From Shigella phage vB_SsoM_113: a stretch of 64,000 bases of DNA. The DNA lies in the sequence record LR746311; one strand, given 5' to 3'. Numbering within the stretch: the stretch's first letter is position 1; every line of letters begins with the position of its first letter. The position numbers were made by a program, and so were the translations under genes. The notes beneath the pieces are model-generated. The model saw only the letters and a program-made list of their open reading frames with translations. It made no database searches and was not told the origin of the DNA. This document shows positions 1-11,922 of the stretch, piece after piece.

Positions 1-117
1 TTCCGATATCTTTCTACTAAAGAACAATTGGAATATGTTCTTAAACTTAGGCCTAAAGATTTCGTTCTTAAAGGTTACGAATCTCACCCGCCAATTAAAG
101 GAAAAATGGCGGTATAA
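1..117 (+). CDS. td: thymidylate synthase, 3' end only (gene starts upstream of window)
   Basis: Frame 1 reads ...LEYVLKLRPKDFVLKGYESHPPIKGKMAV* ending at TAA 115-117; resembles ThyA C-terminus; lies upstream of nrdA as in T4. Confidence 0.7.
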   Translation, partial: FRYLSTKEQLEYVLKLRPKDFVLKGYESHPPIKGKMAV

Positions 118-135
118 ATTTAATTGCGAGGATAT

Positions 136-399
136 ATGATTTTACGATTTAAAGATACTTCTGGTGTAGTTCTTTTTACACTTCCTAATCCAAGCGAGTT
201 AGAAGTTCCAGGACCAAATCAGCCTATTATCATTTATGGCAAAAAATATTATACTCATAAAATGACTCGTGAGTATTTTGATAATAAAATTTCCACAGTT
301 AAAACTTCTTCTGACTGTTATTATGATATTACTGTTTTAACGGAAAAACAATATGACGAATTATCACCGCGCGAGCCGTCTATGCCAGGTAGTGAATAA
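136..399 (+). CDS. hypothetical protein (nrdA.1-like position)
   Basis: ORF track 124..399 begins at TTG; first in-frame ATG at 136 preceded by GAGGA. Overlaps next ORF by 47 nt in another frame. Confidence 0.4.
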   Translation: MILRFKDTSGVVLFTLPNPSELEVPGPNQPIIIYGKKYYTHKMTREYFDNKISTVKTSSDCYYDITVLTEKQYDELSPREPSMPGSE

Positions 400-679
400 A
401 TATAAATCCGACTTTGATGTTAATATTCACCGTGGTACATTTTGGGGAAATTACGTCGGTAAAGATGCTGGCAGCCGGGAGGCTGCCATTGAATTATTCA
501 AAAAAGATTTTATACGTCGAATTAAATCCGGAGAAATAACTAAAGCACATTTAGAGCCTTTACGTGGAATGAGGCTAGGATGCACATGTAAACCAAAGCC
601 GTGTCATGGTGATATAATAGCTCATATAGTTAACCGATTGTTTAAAGACGATTTTCAAGTTGAGGACTTATGCAATTAA
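353..679 (+). CDS. hypothetical protein with Cys/His cluster ([11 protein letters not shown]), nrdA.2-like position
   Basis: 108-aa ORF, ATG at 353; ends just after nrdA start. Confidence 0.5.
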   Translation: MTNYHRASRLCQVVNKYKSDFDVNIHRGTFWGNYVGKDAGSREAAIELFKKDFIRRIKSGEITKAHLEPLRGMRLGCTCKPKPCHGDIIAHIVNRLFKDDFQVEDLCN

Positions 680-2934
680 TTAATGTTATCAAAAGTAGTG
701 GTGTTTCTCAGAGCTTTGACCCGCAAAAAATTATTAAAGTTTTATCTTGGGCAGCTGAAGGAACATCTGTAGATCCTTATGAATTATATGAAAATATTAA
801 ATCATATCTCCGTGATGGAATGACCACTGATGACATTCAAACCATTGTAATTAAGGCTGCTGCGAATTCTATTTCAGTTGAAGAGCCTGATTATCAATAT
901 GTAGCTGCGCGCTGTTTAATGTTTGCTCTTCGTAAGCATGTTTATGGACAATATGAACCATGTTCATTTATTGACCATATTTCTTACTGTGTAAATGAAG
1001 GTAAATACGACCCTGAATTGTTGTCAAAATATTCTGCAGAAGAAATTACATTTTTAGAATCAAAAATTAAGCACGAGCGGGATATGGAATTTACTTATTC
1101 CGGGGCGATGCAATTAAAAGAAAAATATCTCGTTAAAGATAAAACCACTGGTCAAATTTATGAAACTCCCCAGTTTGCATTTATGACTATTGGAATGGCA
1201 TTGCATCAAGATGAACCTGTTGATAGACTAAAACACGTTATTCGTTTTTATGAAGCAGTATCTACTCGACAGATTTCATTGCCAACTCCTATTATGGCTG
1301 GTTGTCGTACTCCAACTCGACAGTTTAGTTCATGTGTTGTTATTGAAGCAGGTGATTCATTAAAGTCTATCAATAAGGCTTCCGCTTCAATTGTTGAATA
1401 TATCTCCAAACGCGCTGGAATTGGTATTAACGTTGGTATGATTCGTGCCGAAGGTTCTAAGATTGGCACAGGTGAAGTACGCCATACTGGCGTTATTCCT
1501 TTTTGGAAACATTTTCAGACTGCTGTTAAATCATGCTCACAGGGTGGAATTCGTGGCGGCGCTGCTACTGCTTATTATCCTATTTGGCATTTGGAAGTTG
1601 AAAATCTTCTCGTTTTGAAAAATAACAAAGGTGTAGAAGAAAACCGTATCCGTCATATGGATTATGGCGTTCAACTGAATGACCTAATGGTGGAACGATT
1701 CGGAAAGAATGATTACATTACTTTGTTCAGTCCACATGAAATGGGTGGCGAACTTTATTATTCTTATTTTAAAGACCAAGACCGTTTCCGTGAATTATAC
1801 GAAGCCGCAGAAAAAGACCCTAATATTCGTAAAAAGCGTATTAAAGCCCGTGAACTGTTTGAATTGCTCATGACTGAACGCTCAGGAACAGCAAGGATTT
1901 ATGTGCAGTTCATTGATAATACGAATAACTATACTCCATTTATTCGTGAAAAGGCGCCTATTCGTCAGAGCAACTTGTGTTGTGAAATTGCTATTCCAAC
2001 AAATGATGTGAATAGTCCTGATGCTGAAATTGGATTGTGCACGTTATCTGCATTTGTGTTAGATAACTTTGATTGGCAAGACCAAGATAAAATTAATGAA
2101 TTGGCAGAAGTCCAAGTTCGTGCTCTTGATAATCTTTTGGACTACCAAGGATATCCAGTTCCTGAAGCAGAAAAAGCTAAAAAGCGTCGAAACCTTGGCG
2201 TAGGTGTTACTAACTATGCAGCTTGGCTGGCAAGTAATTTTGCTTCTTATGAAGATGCTAACGATTTAACACATGAACTATTTGAGAGATTGCAGTATGG
2301 ACTCATTAAAGCATCCATTAAGCTCGCCAAAGAAAAAGGACCTTGCGAATATTATTCAGACACTCGTTGGTCTCGAGGCGAATTACCTATCGACTGGTAC
2401 AATAAAAAGATTGACCAAATCGCAGCTCCAAAATACGTTTGTGACTGGTCGTCGCTGCGGGAAGACCTTAAGCTCTTTGGCATCCGTAATAGCACATTAT
2501 CAGCACTTATGCCATGTGAGTCATCTTCCCAAGTTTCTAACAGTACAAACGGTATCGAGCCTCCACGTGGACCAGTCTCTGTTAAAGAATCAAAAGAGGG
2601 TTCCTTTAATCAAGTCGTGCCCAATATTGAACATAACATAGACCTGTATGATTACACTTGGAAATTAGCTAAGAAAGGCAATAAACCTTATCTTACGCAA
2701 GTAGCTATTATGCTGAAATGGGTATGTCAGTCAGCTTCAGCTAATACATATTATGACCCGCAGATTTTTCCAAAAGGAAAGGTTCCAATGTCAATAATGA
2801 TTGATGACCTTTTGTATTTTTGGTATTTTGGCGGAAAAAATTTCTATTATCATAATACCCGTGACGGTTCTGGTACTGATGATTATGAAATAGAAACTCC
2901 AAAAGCTGAAGATTGTTCATCCTGTAAATTATGA
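670..2934 (+). CDS. nrdA: aerobic ribonucleotide reductase large subunit
   Basis: 754-aa ORF; ATG 670 after GAGGA; sequence recognised as T4 NrdA (class Ia RNR alpha). Confidence 0.96.
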   Translation: MQLINVIKSSGVSQSFDPQKIIKVLSWAAEGTSVDPYELYENIKSYLRDGMTTDDIQTIVIKAAANSISVEEPDYQYVAARCLMFALRKHVYGQYEPCSFIDHISYCVNEGKYDPELLSKYSAEEITFLESKIKHERDMEFTYSGAMQLKEKYLVKDKTTGQIYETPQFAFMTIGMALHQDEPVDRLKHVIRFYEAVSTRQISLPTPIMAGCRTPTRQFSSCVVIEAGDSLKSINKASASIVEYISKRAGIGINVGMIRAEGSKIGTGEVRHTGVIPFWKHFQTAVKSCSQGGIRGGAATAYYPIWHLEVENLLVLKNNKGVEENRIRHMDYGVQLNDLMVERFGKNDYITLFSPHEMGGELYYSYFKDQDRFRELYEAAEKDPNIRKKRIKARELFELLMTERSGTARIYVQFIDNTNNYTPFIREKAPIRQSNLCCEIAIPTNDVNSPDAEIGLCTLSAFVLDNFDWQDQDKINELAEVQVRALDNLLDYQGYPVPEAEKAKKRRNLGVGVTNYAAWLASNFASYEDANDLTHELFERLQYGLIKASIKLAKEKGPCEYYSDTRWSRGELPIDWYNKKIDQIAAPKYVCDWSSLREDLKLFGIRNSTLSALMPCESSSQVSNSTNGIEPPRGPVSVKESKEGSFNQVVPNIEHNIDLYDYTWKLAKKGNKPYLTQVAIMLKWVCQSASANTYYDPQIFPKGKVPMSIMIDDLLYFWYFGGKNFYYHNTRDGSGTDDYEIETPKAEDCSSCKL

Positions 2935-2959
2935 TATAATTTGACTCACGGACGAGTCA
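2932..2959 (+). promoter_or_regulatory. extended -10 (TGaTATAAT) followed by hairpin TGACTC/GAGTCA upstream of nrdB
   Basis: TATAAT 2935-2940 with TG at 2932-2933; inverted repeat 2942-2947/2954-2959. Confidence 0.35.
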
Positions 2960-2985
2960 CTATCTATTAACTAAGCGGAAAATTT

Positions 2986-4164
2986 ATGAGCACAGTTTTT
3001 AATACAAATCCAGTTGATGTTTTAAAAGAACCTATGTTCTTCGGTTCAGGTCTTGGTATTGCGCGTTATGATATTCAACGCCATAAAGTTTTTGAAGATT
3101 TAACCGAAAAGCAATTGTCATTTTTCTGGCGTCCTGAAGAAGTAAACTTGATGATGGATGCTGCACAATTTAACAAGCTTCCCCAGTATCAGCAAGATAT
3201 TTTTACTAATAACCTGAAGTATCAATCACTTTTGGATAGCATTCAGGGTCGTGCACCGTCTGCTGTACTTATGTCGTTAATTTCAGACCCAAGTCTTGAT
3301 ACATGGGTTGCTACATGGACTTTTAGTGAAACTATTCACAGCCGTTCATATACTCATATCATGCGAAATCTTTATACTGATCCGTCAAAGGTATTTGATG
3401 AGATTGTATTAGATAAAGCTATTATGAAACGTGCTGAATCTATTGGTCGTTATTATGATGATGTTATTGAGAAAACTCGTGAATGGGAAAACGCAAAAGA
3501 AATTTTTAGGTGTTTTTCAGAGAATGAATATGATTTGGACGCATATTCAAATAGCCTTATGCATGTAGAAGAATGCAAATACGAACTAATGCGTTCTCTT
3601 TACCTTTGTCTGCATGTAATCAACGCATTGGAAGCTATTCGTTTTTATGTATCTTTCGCATGTACCTTTAACTTCCATAAGAACATGGAAATCATGGAAG
3701 GTAATGCCAAGATTATGAAGTTCATTGCACGTGATGAGCAGCTTCACCTTAAAGGCACCCAATATATTATTCGTCAACTTCAACTTGGCACTGATGGTGA
3801 TGAATGGGTTAAAATCGCCCAAGAGTGTGAACAAGAAGCAGTTGATATTTTCATGGAAGTTAACCGTCAAGAAAAAGACTGGGCAGTTCATTTATTTAAA
3901 GATGGTGATGTTCCTGGATTAAATACAAATAGCATGTGGAGCTTTATTGATTACTTAACCGTATCTCGTATGAAACAGTGCGGTCTTCCATGCCCAATTA
4001 CCGATGCTCCGGTTAAACATCCGTATCCTTGGATTCGTGAATATCTTAATTCTGATAATGTTCAATCCGCGCCACAAGAAGTAGAACTGTCATCTTACCT
4101 TGTAGCACAGATTGATAATGATGTTGATGATAAAGTTATGATGAGTTTTAAAAAATATTTTTAA
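2986..4164 (+). CDS. nrdB: ribonucleotide reductase small subunit, uninterrupted (no intron)
   Basis: 392-aa continuous ORF; ATG 2986; follows nrdA after a 51-bp gap. Confidence 0.95.
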   Translation: MSTVFNTNPVDVLKEPMFFGSGLGIARYDIQRHKVFEDLTEKQLSFFWRPEEVNLMMDAAQFNKLPQYQQDIFTNNLKYQSLLDSIQGRAPSAVLMSLISDPSLDTWVATWTFSETIHSRSYTHIMRNLYTDPSKVFDEIVLDKAIMKRAESIGRYYDDVIEKTREWENAKEIFRCFSENEYDLDAYSNSLMHVEECKYELMRSLYLCLHVINALEAIRFYVSFACTFNFHKNMEIMEGNAKIMKFIARDEQLHLKGTQYIIRQLQLGTDGDEWVKIAQECEQEAVDIFMEVNRQEKDWAVHLFKDGDVPGLNTNSMWSFIDYLTVSRMKQCGLPCPITDAPVKHPYPWIREYLNSDNVQSAPQEVELSSYLVAQIDNDVDDKVMMSFKKYF

Positions 4165-4191
4165 GGAGTGGGCCGCAAGGCCCATTTTATT
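4163..4191 (+). terminator. GC hairpin GGGCC-GCAA-GGCCC plus U-rich tail between nrdB and denA (or split-SD element)
   Basis: AAGGAG 4163-4168; stem 4170-4174/4179-4183 with GNRA loop GCAA; ATTTTATT 4184-4191; denA ATG 4192. Confidence 0.5.
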
Positions 4192-5779
<1,588 letters not shown>

Positions 5780-5782
5780 GCT

Positions 5783-5812
5783 GTTTACAAGTCCCTCGTG
5801 TTGTGTTACAGT
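5783..5812 (+). promoter_or_regulatory. T4 early-type promoter (GTTTAC -35), copy 1 of repeated cassette
   Basis: GTTTAC 5783-5788, 18-nt spacer, TACAGT 5807-5812 (weak -10). Confidence 0.5.
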
Positions 5813-5835
5813 AGTTTTACTGACATAACATGAGG
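5794..5835 (+). promoter_or_regulatory. RNA hairpin that would sequester the alc Shine-Dalgarno
   Basis: 13-bp stem incl. 2 G.U: 5794-5806 pairs 5823-5835; GAGGA at 5832-5836; loop holds -10 region. Confidence 0.5.
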
Positions 5836-5843
5836 ACTTTATG

Positions 5844-6347
5844 ATGGATTTGCAGCTTATTACTACTGAGATGGTCGTTGAAGCATACGGTGATACTACA
5901 GATGGGATTTCTGTATTTAAAGGAAATCGTCGAGTTGGATATATCACCGATCTTAAGAAAGATTTAGCTAAGCAAGTCAAGCGGAAAACGACCATTAAAG
6001 AATATCGAAATCGTCGTCTTGAGCAAGCCCGTGATATGCTTCCTGATGCAGTTGAGGAGATGAAAGTCTTTTTAGAAAATCAGCTTGCAAAATATGATTG
6101 TGATGTGTTCATTAATCAGACTCAACCTAATGTTCATATCAATAACTGTAAATGCTATATCATCGTTAATCCTTTGACTGGAAAACATCGTCTTGGAATT
6201 AGTAATCCAAATCGTAGCGCATCGGATATGGCAGAAGATGTTGAGGCATGCTTTAAAATTTCTAAATCTCCTGCTGAACATCATATTTTAATTAACGGTC
6301 TTTCTCAAGACGATATTATAGAGGTTATTAAAACTTTATGCAATTAA
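5844..6347 (+). CDS. alc: Alc (host transcription shutoff protein)
   Basis: 167 aa from ATG 5844 (MDLQLITTE...); immediately downstream of rnlA as in T4. Confidence 0.8.
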   Translation: MDLQLITTEMVVEAYGDTTDGISVFKGNRRVGYITDLKKDLAKQVKRKTTIKEYRNRRLEQARDMLPDAVEEMKVFLENQLAKYDCDVFINQTQPNVHINNCKCYIIVNPLTGKHRLGISNPNRSASDMAEDVEACFKISKSPAEHHILINGLSQDDIIEVIKTLCN

Positions 6348-6691
6348 GTAATACGACAACAGGCTTGCTATTAATTGTAATTGCATTGGGCGGAACTTCT
6401 TTAATTTTAAAAAATAAAATTGAAAGATTAGAAACGTCTGTTGTAGAAATTACAAAAACGGCCAATGAAAACGCTTTAGCATTAAATAATTTGCGAATTC
6501 AGTATAATTATATTGATGCGATGAATAATAAAAATCGTGAGGCAATTGCTGCTATTGAGCGTGAAAATGAAAAACTGCGCAAAGACGCAAAGAAGGCGGA
6601 TGTGGTGGCTCATAAGCCAGGATTGGTTGAAAAACAAATCAACAACTCCTTCAACAAGTTCGCAGAAGACATCCAGGACCTTTCTAAATGA
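6338..6691 (+). CDS. hypothetical membrane-anchored coiled-coil protein (pseT.3-like)
   Basis: 117 aa; N-terminal hydrophobic segment LLLIVIALGGTSLIL; start overlaps alc stop. Confidence 0.6.
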   Translation: MQLSNTTTGLLLIVIALGGTSLILKNKIERLETSVVEITKTANENALALNNLRIQYNYIDAMNNKNREAIAAIERENEKLRKDAKKADVVAHKPGLVEKQINNSFNKFAEDIQDLSK

Positions 6692-6987
6692 TTAAACTAT
6701 CAGCATTAATATTATCTATTGGTCTTCTAGTTGGTTGTTCGACAAAGCCTCTAGAAGTAAAGAAAGAAACAGTTCATCCTAATTGGCCAGTACAAATAAA
6801 GTCATATGATGAAGCTAAACTATCTTGGCAAGTTAAAGTTATTGATGGTAAAGCTTGGGTCGGTATGCCATTCGAAGATTCCCAGGAATTTCGTATTTGG
6901 CTCAATGATGTAAAACGATATGTACATGATCAGAAAACTATGATATGTTATTATCGTCAAGAGTTAAAAGAGGATAAATGTAAATGA
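6688..6987 (+). CDS. hypothetical lipoprotein (pseT.2-like)
   Basis: 99 aa; signal peptide plus lipobox-like LLVGC; ATGA overlap with previous ORF. Confidence 0.6.
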   Translation: MIKLSALILSIGLLVGCSTKPLEVKKETVHPNWPVQIKSYDEAKLSWQVKVIDGKAWVGMPFEDSQEFRIWLNDVKRYVHDQKTMICYYRQELKEDKCK

Positions 6988-7208
6988 TTTCATGGCATCA
7001 ATTTGAACATCTCAAAGGATTGATTTATGAATCCGAGATGGCTGCAATGATTTACGGACGCCAGATTCAGCGGTTAGAATCTTTACCTCCAACTAATGAT
7101 GTTTTATTAGCTCAATCACGTGCTAATCTTAAAAATGAATACCAAAATAAGTGGGGTAAAGCATCTAAAGACCTACATGATTATATTCAATCATTGGTTG
7201 AGAAATAA
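6984..7208 (+). CDS. hypothetical protein
   Basis: 74-aa ORF, ATG start, overlapping stop/start with neighbours. Confidence 0.5.
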   Translation: MISWHQFEHLKGLIYESEMAAMIYGRQIQRLESLPPTNDVLLAQSRANLKNEYQNKWGKASKDLHDYIQSLVEK

Positions 7209-7211
7209 TAA

Positions 7212-8436
<1,225 letters not shown>

Positions 8437-8437
<1 letters not shown>

Positions 8438-8634
8438 TGGCGTGGCATCATGAAACTTGGTCTATTGTTATTGTAAATAGTGGTTTAGTTGGTACTAGTG
8501 ATGGGCAATTTTGTGTATTCACTAGTGAAATCAGAGCTTGGGAGGAATGCCTTAAATTAAGAGAAAAGAATCCTGATGTTGAACTAACAGTAAAGAAAAC
8601 TAAACTGCCTTTACCATGGAAAACTTATGAATAA
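8437..8634 (+). CDS. hypothetical small protein
   Basis: ATG 8437 overlaps pseT stop (TAATG); ORF track start 8407 is non-ATG. Confidence 0.4.
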
Positions 8635-8827
8635 CATAGAAAAGATTTATCGGCTTTGTGATAAAATTGAAAAAGAAAAGAAATATCTATTTTGTTTATG
8701 GCCTATTGTTGATGGAAGAGTAGGCTTAGATGTTCTTGATTATGAAACAGAAGACAAAGTAGATGGTTCAACTTTTGATAATGCGTTGGATGTTATTGAT
8801 TGGCTTGAAGAAAATTATGTGAGGTAA
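8627..8827 (+). CDS. hypothetical small protein
   Basis: 66-aa ORF, ATG start. Confidence 0.45.
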   Translation: MNNIEKIYRLCDKIEKEKKYLFCLWPIVDGRVGLDVLDYETEDKVDGSTFDNALDVIDWLEENYVR

Positions 8828-8829
8828 AT

Positions 8830-9105
8830 ATGTTTCCGACTTATTCTAAAATCGTAGAAGTAGTGTTTAGCCAAATTATTGCTAATAATATGTTTGAAAA
8901 GCTTGATAACGCTGCCGAGCTTCGAATTCATGCTCAAGTGACTCATGTATTGAACACTTTGCTTCCAGACCAGGTGGATTCTATTGCCATTACGCTGTAT
9001 CCAGGTTCTGCGCATATCATTGTCGTATTCGGTCTTGATGCTGAGCTAGTCATCAAAGGCGATATTCGCTTTGAATCACAGACATCAGAATTCAAAGCAA
9101 TTTAA
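8830..9105 (+). CDS. hypothetical protein
   Basis: 91-aa ORF; ATG 8830 after GAGG. Confidence 0.5.
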   Translation: MFPTYSKIVEVVFSQIIANNMFEKLDNAAELRIHAQVTHVLNTLLPDQVDSIAITLYPGSAHIIVVFGLDAELVIKGDIRFESQTSEFKAI

Positions 9106-9107
9106 TA

Positions 9108-9137
9108 GTTTACTTTATGGTAGAGTTGTGATATTAT
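9108..9137 (+). promoter_or_regulatory. T4 early-type promoter
   Basis: GTTTAC 9108-9113, 18-nt spacer, TATTAT 9132-9137; upstream of ORF at 9168. Confidence 0.55.
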
Positions 9138-9167
9138 AGCTATACCAAAACAAATGAGGAAATTGAA

Positions 9168-9695
9168 ATGAGCGAATGGTTTGAAGAAGATAAGGTTTAT
9201 CGCTTTAAAGCTGGATATAAAGATATTTTTAATGAAACTTGCGGGGCTAATAAACGAATTGCCCAGTTTATTGGGGAAAATTCATTTAAAGTAAAAATAG
9301 ATCCTGCGAAAAATGTTATTAGCATTAAACGCGAAATTGATGACCGCTGGTATAAAGCTGTTGATGTAATGGGCGAATCCTATAAAGTTAGCCCGCTATT
9401 TTCAATTGCTTATATGTTAGAATATTCTTTTTTCGAAGAAGTTCAAAAAGATGATTCTGTCAGTAAATTTGAAATTAAAACTGATAAAGAAATTAAGTGG
9501 AAAGTAGTAGGTATTACTGGTTGTATGTTTTATATCTATGCTCAAACTGATACGAAGGAAGAAGCTAAAAAGAAAGCTCTAGAATATCTTGAAGAGTATG
9601 AAGAAGGCCCGGTAATGATTACACAAGATGCTGAATTAGTTTCTGTCAAATTAGTTAAAAACGTTGAAAGTAAGGAGCTGGGATCAACATGCTAA
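9168..9695 (+). CDS. hypothetical protein
   Basis: 175-aa ORF; ATG 9168 after GAGGA; early promoter upstream. Confidence 0.55.
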   Translation: MSEWFEEDKVYRFKAGYKDIFNETCGANKRIAQFIGENSFKVKIDPAKNVISIKREIDDRWYKAVDVMGESYKVSPLFSIAYMLEYSFFEEVQKDDSVSKFEIKTDKEIKWKVVGITGCMFYIYAQTDTKEEAKKKALEYLEEYEEGPVMITQDAELVSVKLVKNVESKELGSTC

Positions 9696-9925
9696 GTGAA
9701 AAACCAATTACTGTTAAAGAATTCCAAGAAAAAGTTAAACTATTTGCTCAGGAATTGGTAAATAAGGTTTCTGAACGATTTCCAGAAACATCGGTTCGCG
9801 TTATTACCGAAACTCCTCGTTCAGTATTAGTAATTGTGAATCCAGGTGATGGTGACCAAATAACACATCTCAAATTGGATTTTGATGGATTAGTTGAAGC
9901 ACAAAGGGTGTATGGCGTACTATGA
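9689..9925 (+). CDS. hypothetical protein
   Basis: 78-aa ORF after AAGGAG. Confidence 0.5.
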   Translation: MLSEKPITVKEFQEKVKLFAQELVNKVSERFPETSVRVITETPRSVLVIVNPGDGDQITHLKLDFDGLVEAQRVYGVL

Positions 9926-10260
9926 TGAATTTAACTGATATAATTGATAATTGTCTTGAAAATGATACTGGCGATCATAGAGCGCTTGACTCTGAAACAG
10001 CTCAGTTCATTAGAATAACTTTAATGAATGATACTCTAGTGAATAGTATTCATCCTTCTGTGTATGATGCTATTATTGTGACGAAGTATCCAGTTGAGCT
10101 TCACAAAAAGATGGTTGGCGCAATTTTTATTGATAAGAAAAACCGCTTTAAAGATGGGCAGAATATAATTAGTTCTGTTATTAAAAGTATAACTAAACTT
10201 CGTCACGAAATTTATCGTGTTGAAACTGCTAAATCTGCTTATCTGGTGATTATGAAATGA
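9922..10260 (+). CDS. hypothetical protein
   Basis: 112-aa ORF. Confidence 0.5.
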   Translation: MMNLTDIIDNCLENDTGDHRALDSETAQFIRITLMNDTLVNSIHPSVYDAIIVTKYPVELHKKMVGAIFIDKKNRFKDGQNIISSVIKSITKLRHEIYRVETAKSAYLVIMK

Positions 10261-10838
10261 AAGCGAGTACAGTACTTCAAATTGCATATTTAGTATCACA
10301 AGAATCAAAATGTTGCTCCTGGAAGGTAGGAGCAGTAATTGAAAAGAATGGACGTATTATTTCTACTGGATATAATGGTTCACCTGCAGGTGGTGTGAAC
10401 TGCTGTGATTATGCTGCTGAGCAAGGTTGGTTGCTGAATAAGCCTAAACATACTATCATTCAAGGTCATAAGCCTGAATGTGTATCATTTGGTTCAACTG
10501 ATCGTTTTGTCTTGGCGAAAGAACATCGTAGCGCGCACTCTGAATGGTCGTCTAAAAATGAAATTCATGCTGAACTAAATGCGATTTTGTTTGCTGCACG
10601 AAACGGTTCTTCAATTGAAGGTGCTACTATGTATGTAACACTTTCTCCTTGCCCAGATTGTGCAAAAGCAATAGCTCAATCTGGTATTAAAAAGCTGGTT
10701 TATTGTGAAACATACGATAAAAATAAACCTGGCTGGGATGATATTCTGCGAAATGCAGGTATTGAAGTGTTTAATGTTCCTAAGAAAAACTTGAATAAGT
10801 TAAACTGGGAAAATATCAACGAATTCTGTGGTGAATAA
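10257..10838 (+). CDS. cd: dCMP deaminase
   Basis: 193 aa; zinc-binding deaminase motifs HAELNA ... PCPDCA. Confidence 0.95.
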   Translation: MKASTVLQIAYLVSQESKCCSWKVGAVIEKNGRIISTGYNGSPAGGVNCCDYAAEQGWLLNKPKHTIIQGHKPECVSFGSTDRFVLAKEHRSAHSEWSSKNEIHAELNAILFAARNGSSIEGATMYVTLSPCPDCAKAIAQSGIKKLVYCETYDKNKPGWDDILRNAGIEVFNVPKKNLNKLNWENINEFCGE

Positions 10839-11074
10839 TGAAATTTCGTTTGGTACAGCTCACAGCAATTAGTTCTTATTCTACCGAGAACATTTCATTT
10901 GCTGTAGAGTATAAGAAATATTTTTTCTCTAGGTGGAAACAGTATTATAAATCAAACTGGGTTTGTATTGATAGACCGCATAGTTGGAAATCTGATTTAG
11001 AAAAATATCAAAAATTACTTTCCACTCTTAAAGAACGTGGAACAATTTATCATAAAACTGTAATAGGTAAATAA
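10838..11074 (+). CDS. hypothetical protein (31.2-like position)
   Basis: 78-aa ORF; TAATG overlap with cd. Confidence 0.5.
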   Translation: MKFRLVQLTAISSYSTENISFAVEYKKYFFSRWKQYYKSNWVCIDRPHSWKSDLEKYQKLLSTLKERGTIYHKTVIGK

Positions 11075-11383
11075 ATGAAACTGACGACTGAACAAAAAGT
11101 AGCAATTCGTGAAATTTTGAAAACTAAATTGTCCATGGGGGTTTCAAACGTAGTTTTTGAAAAGTCTGATGGTACTATTCGTACTATGAAAGGCACTCGT
11201 GATGCGGACTTTATGCCAACCATGCAAACTGGTAAATTGACTGAATCTACTCGGAAAGAATCTACTGATATGGTTCCAGTATTTGATGTTGAACTCGGTG
11301 CATGGCGAGGTTTTTCTATTGACAAATTGATTTCCGTTAATGGTATGAAAGTTGAGCATTTGCTTCAATTTATTGGTAAATAA
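11075..11383 (+). CDS. hypothetical protein (31.1-like position)
   Basis: 102-aa ORF. Confidence 0.55.
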   Translation: MKLTTEQKVAIREILKTKLSMGVSNVVFEKSDGTIRTMKGTRDADFMPTMQTGKLTESTRKESTDMVPVFDVELGAWRGFSIDKLISVNGMKVEHLLQFIGK

Positions 11384-11409
11384 ATGCTTTAAGAATTATT
11401 TGTTATTAT
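11384..11409 (+). promoter_or_regulatory. MotA-dependent middle promoter candidate for gene 31
   Basis: MotA-box-like aTGCTTtAa (TGCTT 11385-11389) about 19 nt upstream of TATTAT 11404-11409. Confidence 0.5.
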
Positions 11410-11439
11410 TAATTCATCTGTTAACAAAAAGGAAAAACG

Positions 11440-11775
11440 ATGTCTGAAGTACAACAGCTACCAATTCGTGCTGTCGGTGAATATGTGATTTTAGTTTCTG
11501 AACCTGCACAAGCCGGTGATGAAGAAGTTACAGAATCAGGGCTTATTATCGGTAAACGCGTCCAAGGCGAAGTTCCTGAACTGTGTGTAATTCACTCTGT
11601 TGGTCCTGATGTTCCTGAAGGTTTCTGTGAAGTTGGTGATTTGACTTCTCTTCCAGTTGGTCAAATTCGAAACGTTCCGCATCCTTTTGTAGCTCTGGGT
11701 CTTAAGCAGCCAAAAGAAATTAAACAAAAATTTGTTACCTGTCACTATAAAGCTATTCCGTGTCTTTATAAGTGA
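11440..11775 (+). CDS. 31: co-chaperonin GroES homologue for capsid folding
   Basis: 111 aa; recognised as T4 gp31; AAGGA upstream. Confidence 0.93.
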   Translation: MSEVQQLPIRAVGEYVILVSEPAQAGDEEVTESGLIIGKRVQGEVPELCVIHSVGPDVPEGFCEVGDLTSLPVGQIRNVPHPFVALGLKQPKEIKQKFVTCHYKAIPCLYK

Positions 11776-11783
11776 TATAAATA
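11776..11783 (+). promoter_or_regulatory. late promoter TATAAATA upstream of rIII
   Basis: Exact TATAAATA directly after gene 31 stop; about 140 nt upstream of rIII ATG. Confidence 0.55.
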
Positions 11784-11922
11784 ATAATATGAATTGGGTG
11801 TCGGAATAATAAGTTAACCGAACAATTCTATGTGGTAGTCTACAACTGAGAGATCTGTCGAAAGAAGATGAAATTCAGAAGAACGTGACTACCGAGTTTT
11901 AATCTCTAACGAGAATTTTTAA

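Noticed and set aside
1248-1469. Antisense ORFs inside large conserved genes (e.g. 1248..1469, 3586..3891, 7660..8037, 32745..33321, 44837..45037, 59407..59796)
   Set aside because: All lie opposite well-supported genes, lack start signals and have composition typical of antisense frames.
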